A DNA stretch of 64,000 nucleotides, from the NCBI RefSeq assembly GCF_009914755.1, contig NC_060942.1; one strand, 5' to 3'. A program made the translations under genes and the position numbers. The notes beneath the pieces are model-generated. The model was not told the origin of the DNA. It did no database searches and saw only the letters and a program-made list of their open reading frames with translations. Of this stretch, positions 43,361 to 56,432 are shown one piece after another. The stretch's first letter is position 1. The number at the start of each line of letters is the position of its first letter. The stretch is from the human T2T-CHM13v2.0 reference genome, Homo sapiens.

Positions 43361-44579
43361 TATTATAAAGCCAATAAAAATTACTCAATCTCACAAAATA
43401 ACCTCTGTTAACATTTTGATAAACTTTTTATAGCTATGCTGTGTATAATTATATATTTGTATTTTGTATGTTTTTAGTTAAGATTATTGTGATCATTTTT
43501 TCATGTTATATTTTCCCCTAGCAAAAACTTTAGATCTAAATAATAAAAAAAAAAGTTTGTTTCAGGTTCTCTGAAAATGTACCTTCTTTTCTATTTCTTT
43601 ACATCCTACCTGTCTAGAATCCAAAAACTTAAACTTTAGATGTGGACCGCTCGTTTCTATTTTAATCAATATGTTAAATTATTAGTAAGTAGCATGCACT
43701 AATTTCACGTTCATTCTTGAACACTAACATTGTTCTTTTACAAATAATTTACGTATGTGTACATCTTATTGTTCTTTGGAAGTTTAGAGTGGAGGGACAT
43801 AAAATTGGTATGAAATGTTGCAAATCAAAGTGTTCCACTTCTGTGTTAAGACTATTGTTTATTTTCTCTGCCTTGTTTTCAAGATTATGTCACCAGGATT
43901 GTTTAGGTCAGACTGAGCAGTGTATGCATCAGAATACCTTAAAAAGCACTCCTAAAACGTTTAAGGTAGTTTTTTAAGATGAAATGTCAATAAAGCTGTG
44001 ATGGGTTTAAGATTGAATTATCTCCCATCTTTACCACCGGGTAGAAGACGTTCTTTAAGGTGGTAAGTAAAGTTAATCACAATGTCACATGACATGAGAG
44101 AAGCCTTAGAGATCATTTTGCCTACAAATTCTAAAATGAAGCAGGTTAGACTGGGATAGAGAGGGGAAGTGATTTACCCAAGGTCCATCAGCTAGGTAAT
44201 GGTTTTAGCTGTTAAGCCTCAGATTGAACATACTACATTATGCTTTTTTTTTTTTTAAAGTCATAGTATAACATCAGTAACAAAAATGAGCATCTCCCTT
44301 GCCCCAGAAGGCTGCCAAAAGAATGGAAAGAAGTGTTTTCATTTTTTATTTAGGTACGTGTTTATGTAAAGGTGATGGATGAGTATTTATACGACCAGAA
44401 CAATACTACACTGTATGAAAATGGTGTAAAAGAAGTAAAAGACATGGTCCCTTCCGGTTGGTAACTTTTTCATACTGTAATTTTAGGCTCCCAGAATGGG
44501 AATACTGGTTTATAAAAAATGATTACATGACCATATTAAGTGGATTTTGGAGAGTTTTCATGATACATTCTGAAACTGT

Positions 44580-44663
44580 TGATTGTATAGTATGGATAAA
44601 CTGATTGTATAATATGATTGTATAATATGTTTGTATAATTGTATAATATGATTGTATAATATG
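44580..44663. repeat. Short AT-rich minisatellite (about 13-bp TGATTGTATAATA)
   Basis: About six imperfect copies of ttgtata(a/g)t. Confidence 0.8.
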
Positions 44664-45299
44664 GACAGTGAGGCAATTTCAGTAATTAAAGCCCTTAGAG
44701 GCTTAAATAAAATAGTGCAGTCTTGCTTTTCCATTAATCTCAGGATCCATACTTTTATGATGTTAGTGAAATCTTATGAAGAGATATGTTTTAGTGCTTC
44801 AATGACTAAGTTTTTAAAAATAGAACTAAGACTCATTTTTTTTCCCAGAAAGTATTACTCTATTTGTACAAAAATATTTATACAAAAATATTTCTTCAGT
44901 ACCTACTACACCAGGCATTGTGTTAGTTGCTGGGGATACAGCAGCTAACGAAACAAAGACCTATTCATGGAGCTTACATCAAGTCTGATATTTAAATGTG
45001 TTTGAAAAAAACATACAGTAAGGGTAAATTCAAGTGACATCATTTAAAAAATTTGTAATAAGAATGTTTTAGGGCTTTCTTGGATGTAAAAATGTAAAAT
45101 ATTTTTTGAGTGCTTGATACTTATTTCAGGAAGTGTTCAGTGTTGACCTGTGTGACCAAGAGAAATACAATATCAATTTAAAAATCTTTTTCATATATTG
45201 CTAATTTGACTGCACTTTCATGCTTTATTGTGGCAGAAGTCTACCTGGAATACTTATGAATTAGAAAATAAATACCGTTTGGTTATACGTACAAAATTT

Positions 45300-45520
45300 A
45301 TGAGAGTTCAGGCCCTAGAGTCAGACCTGGTTTGACTTCCCACTTTCATTGCTTTGAGTTATATGACCTTGGACTACTGTTTACCTTCTAAGTTGAATCA
45401 TTTGTAAACTTGGTATATTAAAATGTAATGAAAGTATCTACTTCATGGACTTGTGAGGGTTAAATAACATAGTTCATACAAAGTTATTGATACATGAGTG
45501 CCCAATAAACGCTAGCTGTT
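45300..45520 (+). mobile_element. MIR
   Basis: caggccctagagtcagacctgg..tgaccttgga..tgtaaa..gtatctacttcat..ttgtgagggttaaat. Confidence 0.7.
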
Positions 45521-45803
45521 CCGTTAGTAGATATTCTGTGTACTATATAGTATTAATATATGTTTTGTATATATGATTACCTTAACATGATGCCACAGAT
45601 ACTCAGCAGCATAACCCTTGTGTAACTGGGAAACAGTTTAATCAGTGATACAACTTAATTAGCTAAAACCTGTTAGAAACATTGAAGGTAGTCATCACCT
45701 GCATTGCTGTGGCTACATTGTTTGTGTATTTGAGCAGAGCACCCAGCCTTCCTCATTAGTCTGCACTGCATAGCTAAGAATTTACAAAGACCTTGTCAAG
45801 AAC

Positions 45804-46284
45804 TGTGAAGGGACTGAAAATTTAGCCTGCTGCAGTTTTGTAGATGTTGGTAGAAGACATGAGATTTCCTGAGTTAGACAGTGGACATCATTGTTCATGG
45901 CACTGCAAGTGGAATGGGCTTTATATTTGTGTTGTTTTCCTTGCCCTCCTCAAGTTCCATGGAGGTGACAGAGGTGTTCGGGTAGATGCTACTCACATAG
46001 TGAGTTTGCATCATAACTAGAAACCCTGAGCTTAGAGAACCGGAATCTTTCATAGTGGGCTGCACAGAAACCTACCTGACCTTTGTTCCAGTAGAAGACC
46101 TTATCTTGATTATATTGGTCAGTGAACAAACCTGCCCCTCTCCTCAGAAGGGAGGTGTTGTCTTCTAAGACAGTTCACTATTTAATACATTCTTGAAAAG
46201 ATAGCCTGGGTAAAAACCCCCAGGACTACTTCTTGCAAGATGTGCAGAAATGCTAGAGGCCCATGGAGAATTGTCTCCTAAACA
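45804..46284 (-). mobile_element. Solo ERV1-class LTR (MER34/MER90-like; subfamily uncertain)
   Basis: About 480 bp, TG..CA ends; minus strand starts tgtttaggagacaattctccatggg..tttctgcacatcttg. Confidence 0.55.
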
Positions 46285-48321
46285 CACCTCTGAGTAACTA
46301 GCCTAAATGGGGGTCACAGAGTTCATAAATTAATGTTCATGTGCATTGTCTGTTTATTCTTAAGTTACATTTTAGAAGTGTTTTCTGTTTTCTGAAATGC
46401 TCTGTGTGATATACTACTGCTTATCCCATATTAAAATTTTATTCTCTTAACAGAAAACAAATACTAAAGTTGATATGCATACTGAGATGTTCAGGAGTGA
46501 CTATATTGGTGTCTTCAGCTTAGTTTGATGTGCATCAAAAATTAAGTGGATGTCTGGACAGGGCAGATAGATATGCTGCAAAGTAAATACAGCAAAATGT
46601 TCATCGTAGAATGTGAGTGATGAGTGTATGAGTGTTTATATAATTATCTCAACTTCTTTGTCAAATTTTTCATAATAAAATGTTGGGGGAAAAGCTAGCT
46701 GTTCCCCTCCTCCACAATTGATTCTCTTTGCAGCTGAACTCAACTCAGCCTTTCAAGGTAACTTTGTCATCAGTAGTTCACATCAAAATATGGATGAATG
46801 ATAACAGTTTTTAAGAACTGTTACAGTGGTTCTTTTTTTTTTTTTTTGATAGCTCTTCTTAGCTTAGTGGGATTCCTTTTAAGACTGGGTGGTTTGGAGA
46901 ATAAAGGTCCCGCTATTTAAAAGGAAGTCATTGTTCTGAATGGTTGAATTTTACACATATGGACTGACTAAAAAGGGTATTTCCTGCTGGAAAAATGTTT
47001 TTAGGCAAAGGAGGCAGGCCAGTCTCACTTGACTGACTTTTGGGTGAGCTGCCTTAAAATTTTCTAATATTTTTGACATGTCAGGCTCTAAGTTTTTTTA
47101 AAACTTATGTTCAGACTTTTTTACTCAAAGGCCACATTTATGTATGTGTTACATTTCTGTTTGATTGTAAAAATTTGGGACTAGGAGTAGGATTTTGGCT
47201 TAATGGCAGTGACAGCTGTAGAGGAGTTGGGACAGAATACTTAGTGGCAGGAAATGGTAGGGCTTCCAAAGAACAACAGCCACATAATTGAAAGGTAGAA
47301 GTATTTTAATTGTAGATTTTTTTCAATATAAGAGTGCAAATAAATGTAACGTATGCAGTTTTCTTTTTTCATATGGGATAGTTCATTATAAACAGTGACA
47401 TATCTCTAATATAAGTTTCTATCAATACTTTTGATTAAAATGGACTAGTTAAAAAATTGTTTCCTAAATGTTAAACTAAGCATTCATATTGGGCAAATGA
47501 TAGGATTTCCCTGATTTATAGGGATTAAGTTTTAGAAATCCTCTAAACCTATTTATTACATAAATTGCATCAGATGTTCACTTTGTCATCAAAACTGCTT
47601 TTCACTGTTTTTTCAATTTTTCAAGGTTATTTCAAGGATCAGTTTTTCTGAAAAAACATTTTTATTGTTTTTCGTAAATAAAAGATATATACAGTTCAAG
47701 GAATTATCAAAAGTTAAATACTCATATAATCACCTCCAGGGTTAGAAATAGAACTTGGCTAGCATTCGGCAAAGTGCTCCTTTTACCCTCTCCCAGTTAC
47801 TTCCACTGCAGGATTAACCATTATCCTGACTTTTATGGTGGCCACTTGTTTCTCTTGATGGTTTAATCACCTAAGGCTTACAAAGGATACATTTTCAATT
47901 AGTGAAGCAGATTATTGGTTTAATTCAGGGGTTCTTAACTCTAACTTCATAACTCATTTTTATATTTTGTAATGCTATTGCTATCCTGAAATGAAATGCA
48001 TATATAAAATGACCAACATATGTAATTAAAAATGTTAAAATATATTTGCCCTAGCTATAACATAAGGGGAAAAAAAGGAAGTAATTTTATAATGGAATGC
48101 TCATTTTAAGTGTAAATGTTTGGGCGTGACTACACTAGAAGACATAATGAAGTAGTCAGATACTTGTACCCTACTTAAGTTTGTAGGTACAGTAGTCAGA
48201 TGTTTGTATCTACTTAAGGTGAGTAAGTTTGGATTTAAGAGAAATAAGAGTTATCCGAGTAGTACTGACAGTTTTCTTAACATTGTTAAAAGGGCAAAAT
48301 AAGAATATGCCGTTTTAGGGC

Positions 48322-48361
48322 ATATAGGTAGATTCATGTGAATATAGGTAGATTCATGTGA
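48322..48361. repeat. Perfect 20-bp tandem duplication
   Basis: atataggtagattcatgtga x2. Confidence 0.9.
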
Positions 48362-51167
48362 ATGTGTTACCTACAGATGCCTGCTGACTAATTCAGATGT
48401 GTTGTATTGGTGATTCAGGTATGATGAGTGGCATTGCTATTGTTAGAATAGTCTTCAGTAATAGTGAACTCACCTTTTAACATTTTGAAGAAAAGAGTAC
48501 ACATTTTTCCTGTTCACGTAATAGATGAATACTTGGAAAAGAGGTTTTTCACCAATATGAATTTCTGGAGGAGTATTTGAAAATTCGGTGCAATGGGAAC
48601 ATAGTACTTCATTGTGTGGGTCTGCATTGCAGAATGTCTACCGTCCTGTTTCCTGCCCCCACCCCCTGCTCCTAATGAAAGGAGCAGTTACCACCTAAAG
48701 GGTTATGTTTGTAGCACTTTCAGTAAAGAATATAACTTCTCTTTTTTGAAGATCTTAAGGTAGATTTCTTCATCAGGCCTTTTAATCAGCAGCTCCTGGC
48801 GGGGTGGGGGTACATGATACAACCCCTCCATCCCTGAACTCAGCTCTCCAACTCATTTTACCTTCCATAAAAGTCAATGTAAAATGTTTTTGAATATTTA
48901 CCTATGTATGTTTTTATGAGGTGGGATATGGCTTTCGTCAGGTTCTTAAAGGATTCTGTGACTCACAAAAGTGGACCAGATATTTCTTTCCGTGACTTTT
49001 TTAAGCTATTAAATCTGGTTATTCCTTTGCTAATGGTCATCAGTACTTGATAATTTTCTATTTTAAACTAGGAAAGGGGCTCAAACTCTTAGCTATCTGC
49101 TGGGAGCAACCCTCATTGAGAGGCTAGAGGGATACAATGGAGCAGAAAATCTCAAATTCAGTAGTTAAGTGGGTTTATTATAGATAATTCTACGTTTTAC
49201 TCGCAAGTTAACATGTCCTGTTAAGAATTTAGTTTTGAATGGGTGAGGTGTATTTCTTTTGATATATTATCATCATCTTTAGATAATTTATATTTTTATG
49301 TCTAGAAAGCCCACTATCTGTATTGACAATTTATAATCCCTGGTGGGCAGTATCGTGAAATGTAAATACTATTTCAGAATTCGTACAACTCTTGTAGAGT
49401 TTGTTGATGAAAACTGACCCACAGTCATTTTAAAAATCAGTTTAAAAAATTATTTTACCTTAGTTTGGATAATTGGTACTTTTTAAAATTGGGGAGAATT
49501 AAATTAATAAAACATTTAATTCTAAAAACTTACATAATTATGTTATGAAAATACATAAATATGTAATTAAAATAATTAGGCATTCACTATGGATTAGGAT
49601 TGTTCAAAATTAAAATTTTGTGACATGTCTTTTTGTCATGTTACTAAGAAATTGGATCTTTATTTTAATCTGTGATTGCTACTAATGTTAAAGTCCTAGT
49701 CAAAATAGTCCTATAACATTTTACATTTTTAAGCGTTTGTAGTAATTATGGGTTTGAGAATGTTAAGAAATGGAATTTGCCTTTAAGACTTCTAGTTTTA
49801 TCAGTTCAAAACGTATCTCCAGCCAGCCATTTTGTGGATTCATGTAGTGAAATGGACACATTGGAGTTTTCGTCTTTACTCTCATACTAGTTTTATGGTG
49901 GAGTTTTTAATCAGATGCTTTTCAAAAAGATAATGGAAGCTCTTGGGGTTGAAGAAGCAGCAAGGGTTGTATGTTGTAAATGGAATGATTAGTTTGACCA
50001 TATAATGAAACAAGCAGTTCAGAAGATCATACTTTGTCATATGTATGCTTTTTTTTTAAAAAAAAAATGCAGACCTGTTAGTTATATTAAAATGCTTTCT
50101 TTTCTATAACTGGTTCTCTGCCTTTCTATGCTTGCTTCTAATTTTCACTCATTTTTATCTCCTTCCTCTCATCCTAGTTCCAAATTTTTATTTATTAGAA
50201 AATATTTTACTACTAACAAACTTTAAGCATAGCATAAAATCATTTTGCTTCTTAGGGCTTGAAATAAGTGTCTTTTAATGACTTTGTAAAATTTTAAAAG
50301 ACATGCTTATTCTTAAGATTGAAATAAAGAAAAGAGAGCCTTTATAATAGTTGTCTTTGATTCCAGCCTTCTAGCTTTTTTAAAAAATACATAACTTTAA
50401 ACGAATTGTTTTTAGAACGATTTAAAATTACTTTTGGAATACTTAGAACTGTGGTTATTGTTCCCAACTGGAACATGTTTTTATGTTCTTCCTCCAAATT
50501 AACAGGTATTTATTTTGTTGTCTAAATTAATCTGCATAATTTTTCTTCAGGCTTTTCTTCAGCAAAATGGATCAGCCTTTTGGGTTCTTTGTTTTGTAAT
50601 TTTATGTTGTTTGGGTGCAGAACCAAAGCTTAAAAACTTTGTATCTAGAGCATATGGCATAATAAACACTTAACAAATATGTGAATGAATGAATGGATTG
50701 AATGAATGAACAAACAAAATTGAGGTGAAGCAAAAGCACTGATGTCATAGGGTGTAGGGTCTTCAGATGTAGAGATTTTTGCAGTTGGCCTAGTAAAATG
50801 AACTTGAAGATTGACACTGGTTTGCAGACAACTGGGAAATTCTGTTATTTTCAGCAACGTATTAACAACATACTGTAAAAATACAGTTGTAAAGTTCATA
50901 GATCCAAAGTTTCATAGTACTTTTTTGATAGAAATCATACATGTTTATGGTAGAAATTTTGTGAAATACAGGGAATGAAGAAGAAAATATGACTTGTTTT
51001 TAAGTCTGCCACCTCGAGAAAGGCAGTGTTAGTAGCCATTTGGGATATTTATGCCTACAAATGTCAGCACTTAATTAAAATTGAGGTTATATATTTTCAG
51101 TTTTGAATCCTTCGTTGTTGAGAATCCAATTAAATTTTGTTTTCTCTTTAATTTTTAAACTTTACAG

Positions 51168-51320
51168 GCCCCTTCACAGATGTAGTCACTACAAATCTTA
51201 AATTGCGAAATCCATCGGATAGAAAAGTGTGTTTCAAAGTGAAGACTACAGCACCTCGCCGGTACTGTGTGAGGCCCAACAGTGGAATTATTGACCCAGG
51301 GTCAACTGTGACTGTTTCAG
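51168..51320 (+). CDS. VAPA: VAPA coding exon 2 (MSP domain)
   Basis: tttacag|GC CCC TTC..; encodes [50 protein letters not shown] (VAP consensus [16 protein letters not shown]); 153 nt; donor gtagca. Confidence 0.97.
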
Positions 51321-52184
51321 GTAGCAAATCATGTTCTGAATTTATGTACATTTGAATTTTGACCTTTTATGATTATGTTTTTGTTTAATAAGGTTTCATC
51401 TGGAGGGAGGGAAATAATTCTTATATTATTCTGGTTTTGCCTTTAAAGATGTCTTGTTACAGTACTCTGCAAGCTGTTTCAGAAAATTTCTCACTCATCT
51501 TCTGTGTAGGGAGTGTGGTCAGTTTATAAGAAATTATTGTCAATTACAAACTTTAGTCTTTATTTCTACAGCTAACCACTACCTTCTCTGCCTTTGTTAT
51601 TTTATCTTTGAAAAATTATATCATTTTTCTGATGGGTCATTCTCCTTCAGATCATGATCATATTACACATTGCATGCAGCTATAGAAGTGTCATAATTCT
51701 TTTGCTTAAAAAGGTGCAATGCCACTTTTTTGCCTACTGTGTCAAATCAGATGAGTCTTTATGCCTTTCATTGTAAATGTCAACAGTGTCCTGTGTGTGA
51801 AAACTTTATTTTTATTTTACTACTCTCTTATGTGTTTACTTGTCAAAGAAGTATGCTTGCCATATATGGATTACTTACTCCTGCTGTGGAGTTGATACTG
51901 GTACCATATCTAATGCCCCCTATAAACTGTTTCTTTCTTTCTCAGTCCCTCTGACTTCACTAATATAGCTGAGAAATAGGAAATAGGAAGTAAATATGAG
52001 AACTTTTATGGTTCCATGTATTTTACTTAGGGGAGAACCTCTCAGGCTGCATTTACTCTTTCTTTACAGCAGTACTTCTCAACTCCCACTATATGCTGTA
52101 ATAACACAGGGAGCAGGAACACACATGGATTCATCTCTCCCAGATTGGAATCTCTAGGAGCATGACTTAGAAATGTTACATTTA

Positions 52185-52460
52185 GGCCGGGCGCGGTGGC
52201 TTATGCCTGTAATCCCAGCACTTTGGGAGGCCGAGGCGGGTGGATCACGACGTCAGGAGTTCAAGACCAGCCTGGCCAAGATGGTGAAACCCCATCTCTA
52301 CTAAAAATACAAAAAATTAGTCGGGTGTGGTGGTGGGCGCCTGTAGTCCCAGCTACTTGGGAGGCTGAGGCAGAGAATTGCTTAAAACCAGGAAGTGGAG
52401 GTTGCAGTGAGCGGAGACTGCACGAGTAAGACTCCGTCTCAAAACAAACAAACAAAAAAA
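52185..52460 (+). mobile_element. AluS-like element
   Basis: Alu dimer with a deletion near the 3' end. Confidence 0.9.
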
Positions 52461-52900
52461 GTGTACCTTAAAAAAAAAAAAAGCCTGGGTGATCTTGATA
52501 AGTAATCCTAAGATATTATAATAATTCTGTATCAGTTTTCAAGTCCACAGCAGAATTGGGTACAGAGAGAGAGAACCCAGGGTAGGCTCATTGAGAGAGT
52601 ATTTAGAGGTGGAGCCTGACTACAAAGGCCATGAAGGACAGACCATAGAGTTCTTGGTGACACTAAATCTTCCCTCAGCAGGTATAGCCAAAAACCTCAA
52701 GAGCTAGGAAAAAGATGTTTTAGTGAGTCTTGCGGTAAGGAGGCCTGGGAGGAGTGCTTTTCATGTTTCTTTGCTAAGTCTAATTCATCAGTTCCTGGGA
52801 AAGAGAGATGGGAAATAAAGATGAAGGAATGCATGCACTCTGCATGTTGCTGCTTTCTACTACATCTTTAAGCCTTTAGCACAATTGGAAGAAGAGAGAA

Positions 52901-53195
52901 TTCTTTCTTTTTTGAGACAGTGTCTTGCTTTGTTGCCCAGGTAGGAGAGCAGTGGTGTGATCTCAGGTGACTGCAACTTCCGCCTCCTGGATTCAAGTGA
53001 TTTTCCTGCCTCAGCCACTTGAGTAGCTAGGATTACGGGCGTGTGCCAACATGCCTGGCTCATTTTTGTATTTTTAGTAGAGGCAGGGTTTCACCATGTT
53101 GGCCAGGCTGGTCTCGAACTCCTGACCTCAAGTGATCCATCTACCTTAGCCTCCCCAAATGCTGGGATTACAGGCGTGAGCCACTGCGCCTGGCC
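52901..53195 (-). mobile_element. AluS-like element
   Basis: Reverse Alu dimer. Confidence 0.9.
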
Positions 53196-54116
53196 AGAAG
53201 ATATAATTATTTCAATCCACATGGCTAAAAATAGTTTATTGGTACAAACAGTTATATCCCTAGGAATCCATACAACTATGCAGAATGACTTTTTCTTTGA
53301 GGGGCCTAGATTGCTGGTTTCTGTGTATTAATATTTCTTGAGAAAACAACGTATCAAAACACTTTCTCCCACAGAAACCTGACTTATTAAAACCTTCAGA
53401 CAAACTGGTTACTGATTACGCAAACATGCCCTTGGATTGTTCTACTTAATTAGAATTTGGCTTTTCCAGTTTTTAGTGTAGTGTATTTCCATTTACAGTC
53501 ACTCAAAGCTATGCTTCTTCCAACAACCTTCTCTGGTTAATTCTCTGTACTACATGCTCATTTCTCTTTTTCCCTGTGTCCTTTTGACGCTTTGTTTTTT
53601 GAATTTGCTTCAATTTGTGCACATTTTTATATATGTTTTCAAGATCGTCTTTGTCTTGTTATGTGGTCTGCAACCTAAATTAGAGTATAACTCCTATAAA
53701 CTTAACCATGTTGTAAGTTTTCGTTTTATTCACAAATTTTTGGTTCATAGTGATTAGCTTATAATCATTAACTCAGTGAAGGTTGCTAATGGAATTTTAT
53801 TTAGCTTAAGCTGTATTCTGAGGCATTTTATCCAGTACATTTCCTGCTGCTGTGTATTTGGCCCCTTGAAAAAGTTGTCTTAACCTTGATAGCAGTTAAT
53901 GGACTTCTCAGACACACCTTATGAATAAGACTTTATTACATAATTATTTCTTACATTTATTTACCCGTGTTTATCTTTTTGAAAGTGTAGAGATATATCT
54001 TAGAAATAATCTAAAGTTAGGGAAATAATTTCTATAATGCCATGTACATATTTTGTGTAACTGTTGATTGATTCTTTGTATAGTCTGTTATATTGGACTC
54101 ATGTTACATAAATTTA

Positions 54117-54488
<372 letters not shown>

Positions 54489-54646
54489 TTATTGAGACTG
54501 TAGAATAAATTTTAGAACTCAAGAGGCTATATGGTTTCCTTGTGTACTTTTGTTTTCTTAGAAGATTTAAATAAATTCATAAACTCTGAAATAGATGTTT
54601 ATTTAAAATACAATTTTGAAAAATTAATTATATTAAAACAATATAT

Positions 54647-54950
54647 GGGCTGGGTGCTGTGGCTTACGCCTGTAATCCTAGCACTTCGGGAGGCTGAGGA
54701 GGGCGGATCTCTTGAGCCCAGGAATTCTATACCAGCCTGGGCAAAATGACGAAAACCCTTTCTCTACAAAAAAATACAAAAATTAGCTGGGCATGGTGGC
54801 ATGTGGCTATAGTCTTAGCTATTTAGGAGCCTGAAGTGGGAGGATTGCCTGAGCCTAGGGAGGTTGAGGCTACAGTGAGCTGAGATTGCGCCACTGCACT
54901 GCAGCGCAGCCTCAGCCACAGAGTGAGACCCTGTTTTAAAAAACAAAAAA
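54647..54950 (+). mobile_element. AluJ-like element
   Basis: Alu dimer with J-type features. Confidence 0.87.
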
Positions 54951-55360
54951 CAGATGGTAGTGAGGTTTTAAGTTACTGAGTATTTCTCCTTTAAATATCT
55001 CAGTTGTATAATTTTAAATCAGAAAACACTAAAATGAAGCCTAAATTCATAGTTTTAATAACTTATATTTAATCTGAGCTTATAGGCATTATAGTTAACG
55101 TTGGCAAAGTTTTGAAAATTTTCACAAGCTGAGTTTAGAAAGGGCAAAATCATAGATTCATATTTAATTTTTAATTGTAATTGTTTATTTTGTTGGTTGT
55201 GCAAAACTTAGTAAATTAGAAAGACAGACAATTTAAAAATACTTGGGATCCATTAAGTTGATTCTTAAACATTCCAGTGTTTGGTTTCTTGAACCCTTCT
55301 TGGTTTTTTTTAAATTTGCATATTTGTGAAGTAGTAGGAATGATACTATTGCCAGATACG

Positions 55361-55423
55361 GTTTAAGGCAAATCCCAGACTTAGTATAATTTAATCTGTA
55401 ACTGTTTCAATGTATGTCTTTCA
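55361..55423 (+). repeat. Near-identical dispersed copy of 58295-58357
   Basis: 52/53 identical core, 59/63 overall. Confidence 0.9.
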
Positions 55424-55467
55424 GACATGCAGGAGACAATATAATATATCCTTTTTTTCTTATTTAG

Positions 55468-55571
55468 TAATGCTACAGCCCTTTGACTATGATCCGAATG
55501 AAAAGAGTAAACACAAGTTTATGGTACAGACAATTTTTGCTCCACCAAACACTTCAGATATGGAAGCTGTG
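55468..55571 (+). CDS. VAPA: VAPA coding exon 3
   Basis: tatttag|TA ATG..; (V)[34 protein letters not shown]; 104 nt; donor gtaagt. Confidence 0.97.
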
Positions 55572-55786
55572 GTAAGTATAGAAGAAGAATTTGTTTTGGG
55601 AAGTGGAGTTTAAACTGTGGGTGTTGTTTAGCAGTCAGTAGAAAAACTTAATTTCTAAAAACTAAAAGTTAAATTTAGGTTTTTAAAAAACTGCCAATTT
55701 CTTCATTATAGATAATCCTAACTTAAAGAATGAAAGAATTTTTAAATAGTATTTTTTTTTAGAAACAATTTAGAAATGCTGCTACT

Positions 55787-56098
55787 GGCCTGGTGCAGTG
55801 GCTCACACCTGTAATCCCAGCCCTTTGGGAGGCCAAGATGGGAGTATCTCAAGCCCAGGAGTTCGAGACCAGCTCAGGCGACATGACAAGACCCTGTCTC
55901 TACAAAAACAAACAAACAAACAAACAAAAAACAAAAAAAACCACCACAACAAAAATGAGCTGGGTATAGTGTTGGACGCCTGTAGTCCCAGCTACCCAGG
56001 AGGCATGGGAGGATTGATTGCTTGAGCCCAGGAGGGGCGACTGCACTCCAGCCTGGGAAACAGAATGAGACCAACTGGAAAAAAAGAAAAAAAGAAAG
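55787..56098 (+). mobile_element. AluJ-like element
   Basis: Alu dimer with an expanded (CAAA)n linker; flanking agaaatgct. Confidence 0.85.
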
Positions 56099-56351
56099 AA
56101 ATGCTAAGAAGAAAGTCCTATGGTTGCTAGTAATATCATCGTGATTTTAATGGATGGTGATAGTAACTAGGATTATATAAAGGTTCTGTGACATTAGCCG
56201 ATAACAATGGCAGGGTGATCAATAAAGAGTGCACCAGTGTGTTTCAGCCAAGCCAGGCAGCTTCACTCATCTTTTAGCTGTCCCGTGAGGTGAAACTTAC
56301 TTACCATGATCATACCTCCTATGTCTCATGTTTGGTTTTGTTTATTTTTAG

Positions 56352-56432
56352 TGGAAAGAGGCAAAACCTGATGAATTAATGGATTCCAAATTGAGATGCG
56401 TATTTGAAATGCCCAATGAAAATGATAAATTG
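56352..56432 (+). CDS. VAPA: VAPA coding exon 4 (end of MSP domain); gene continues beyond the window
   Basis: tttttag|TGG..; [27 protein letters not shown]; 81 nt; donor gtaagt. Confidence 0.97.
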
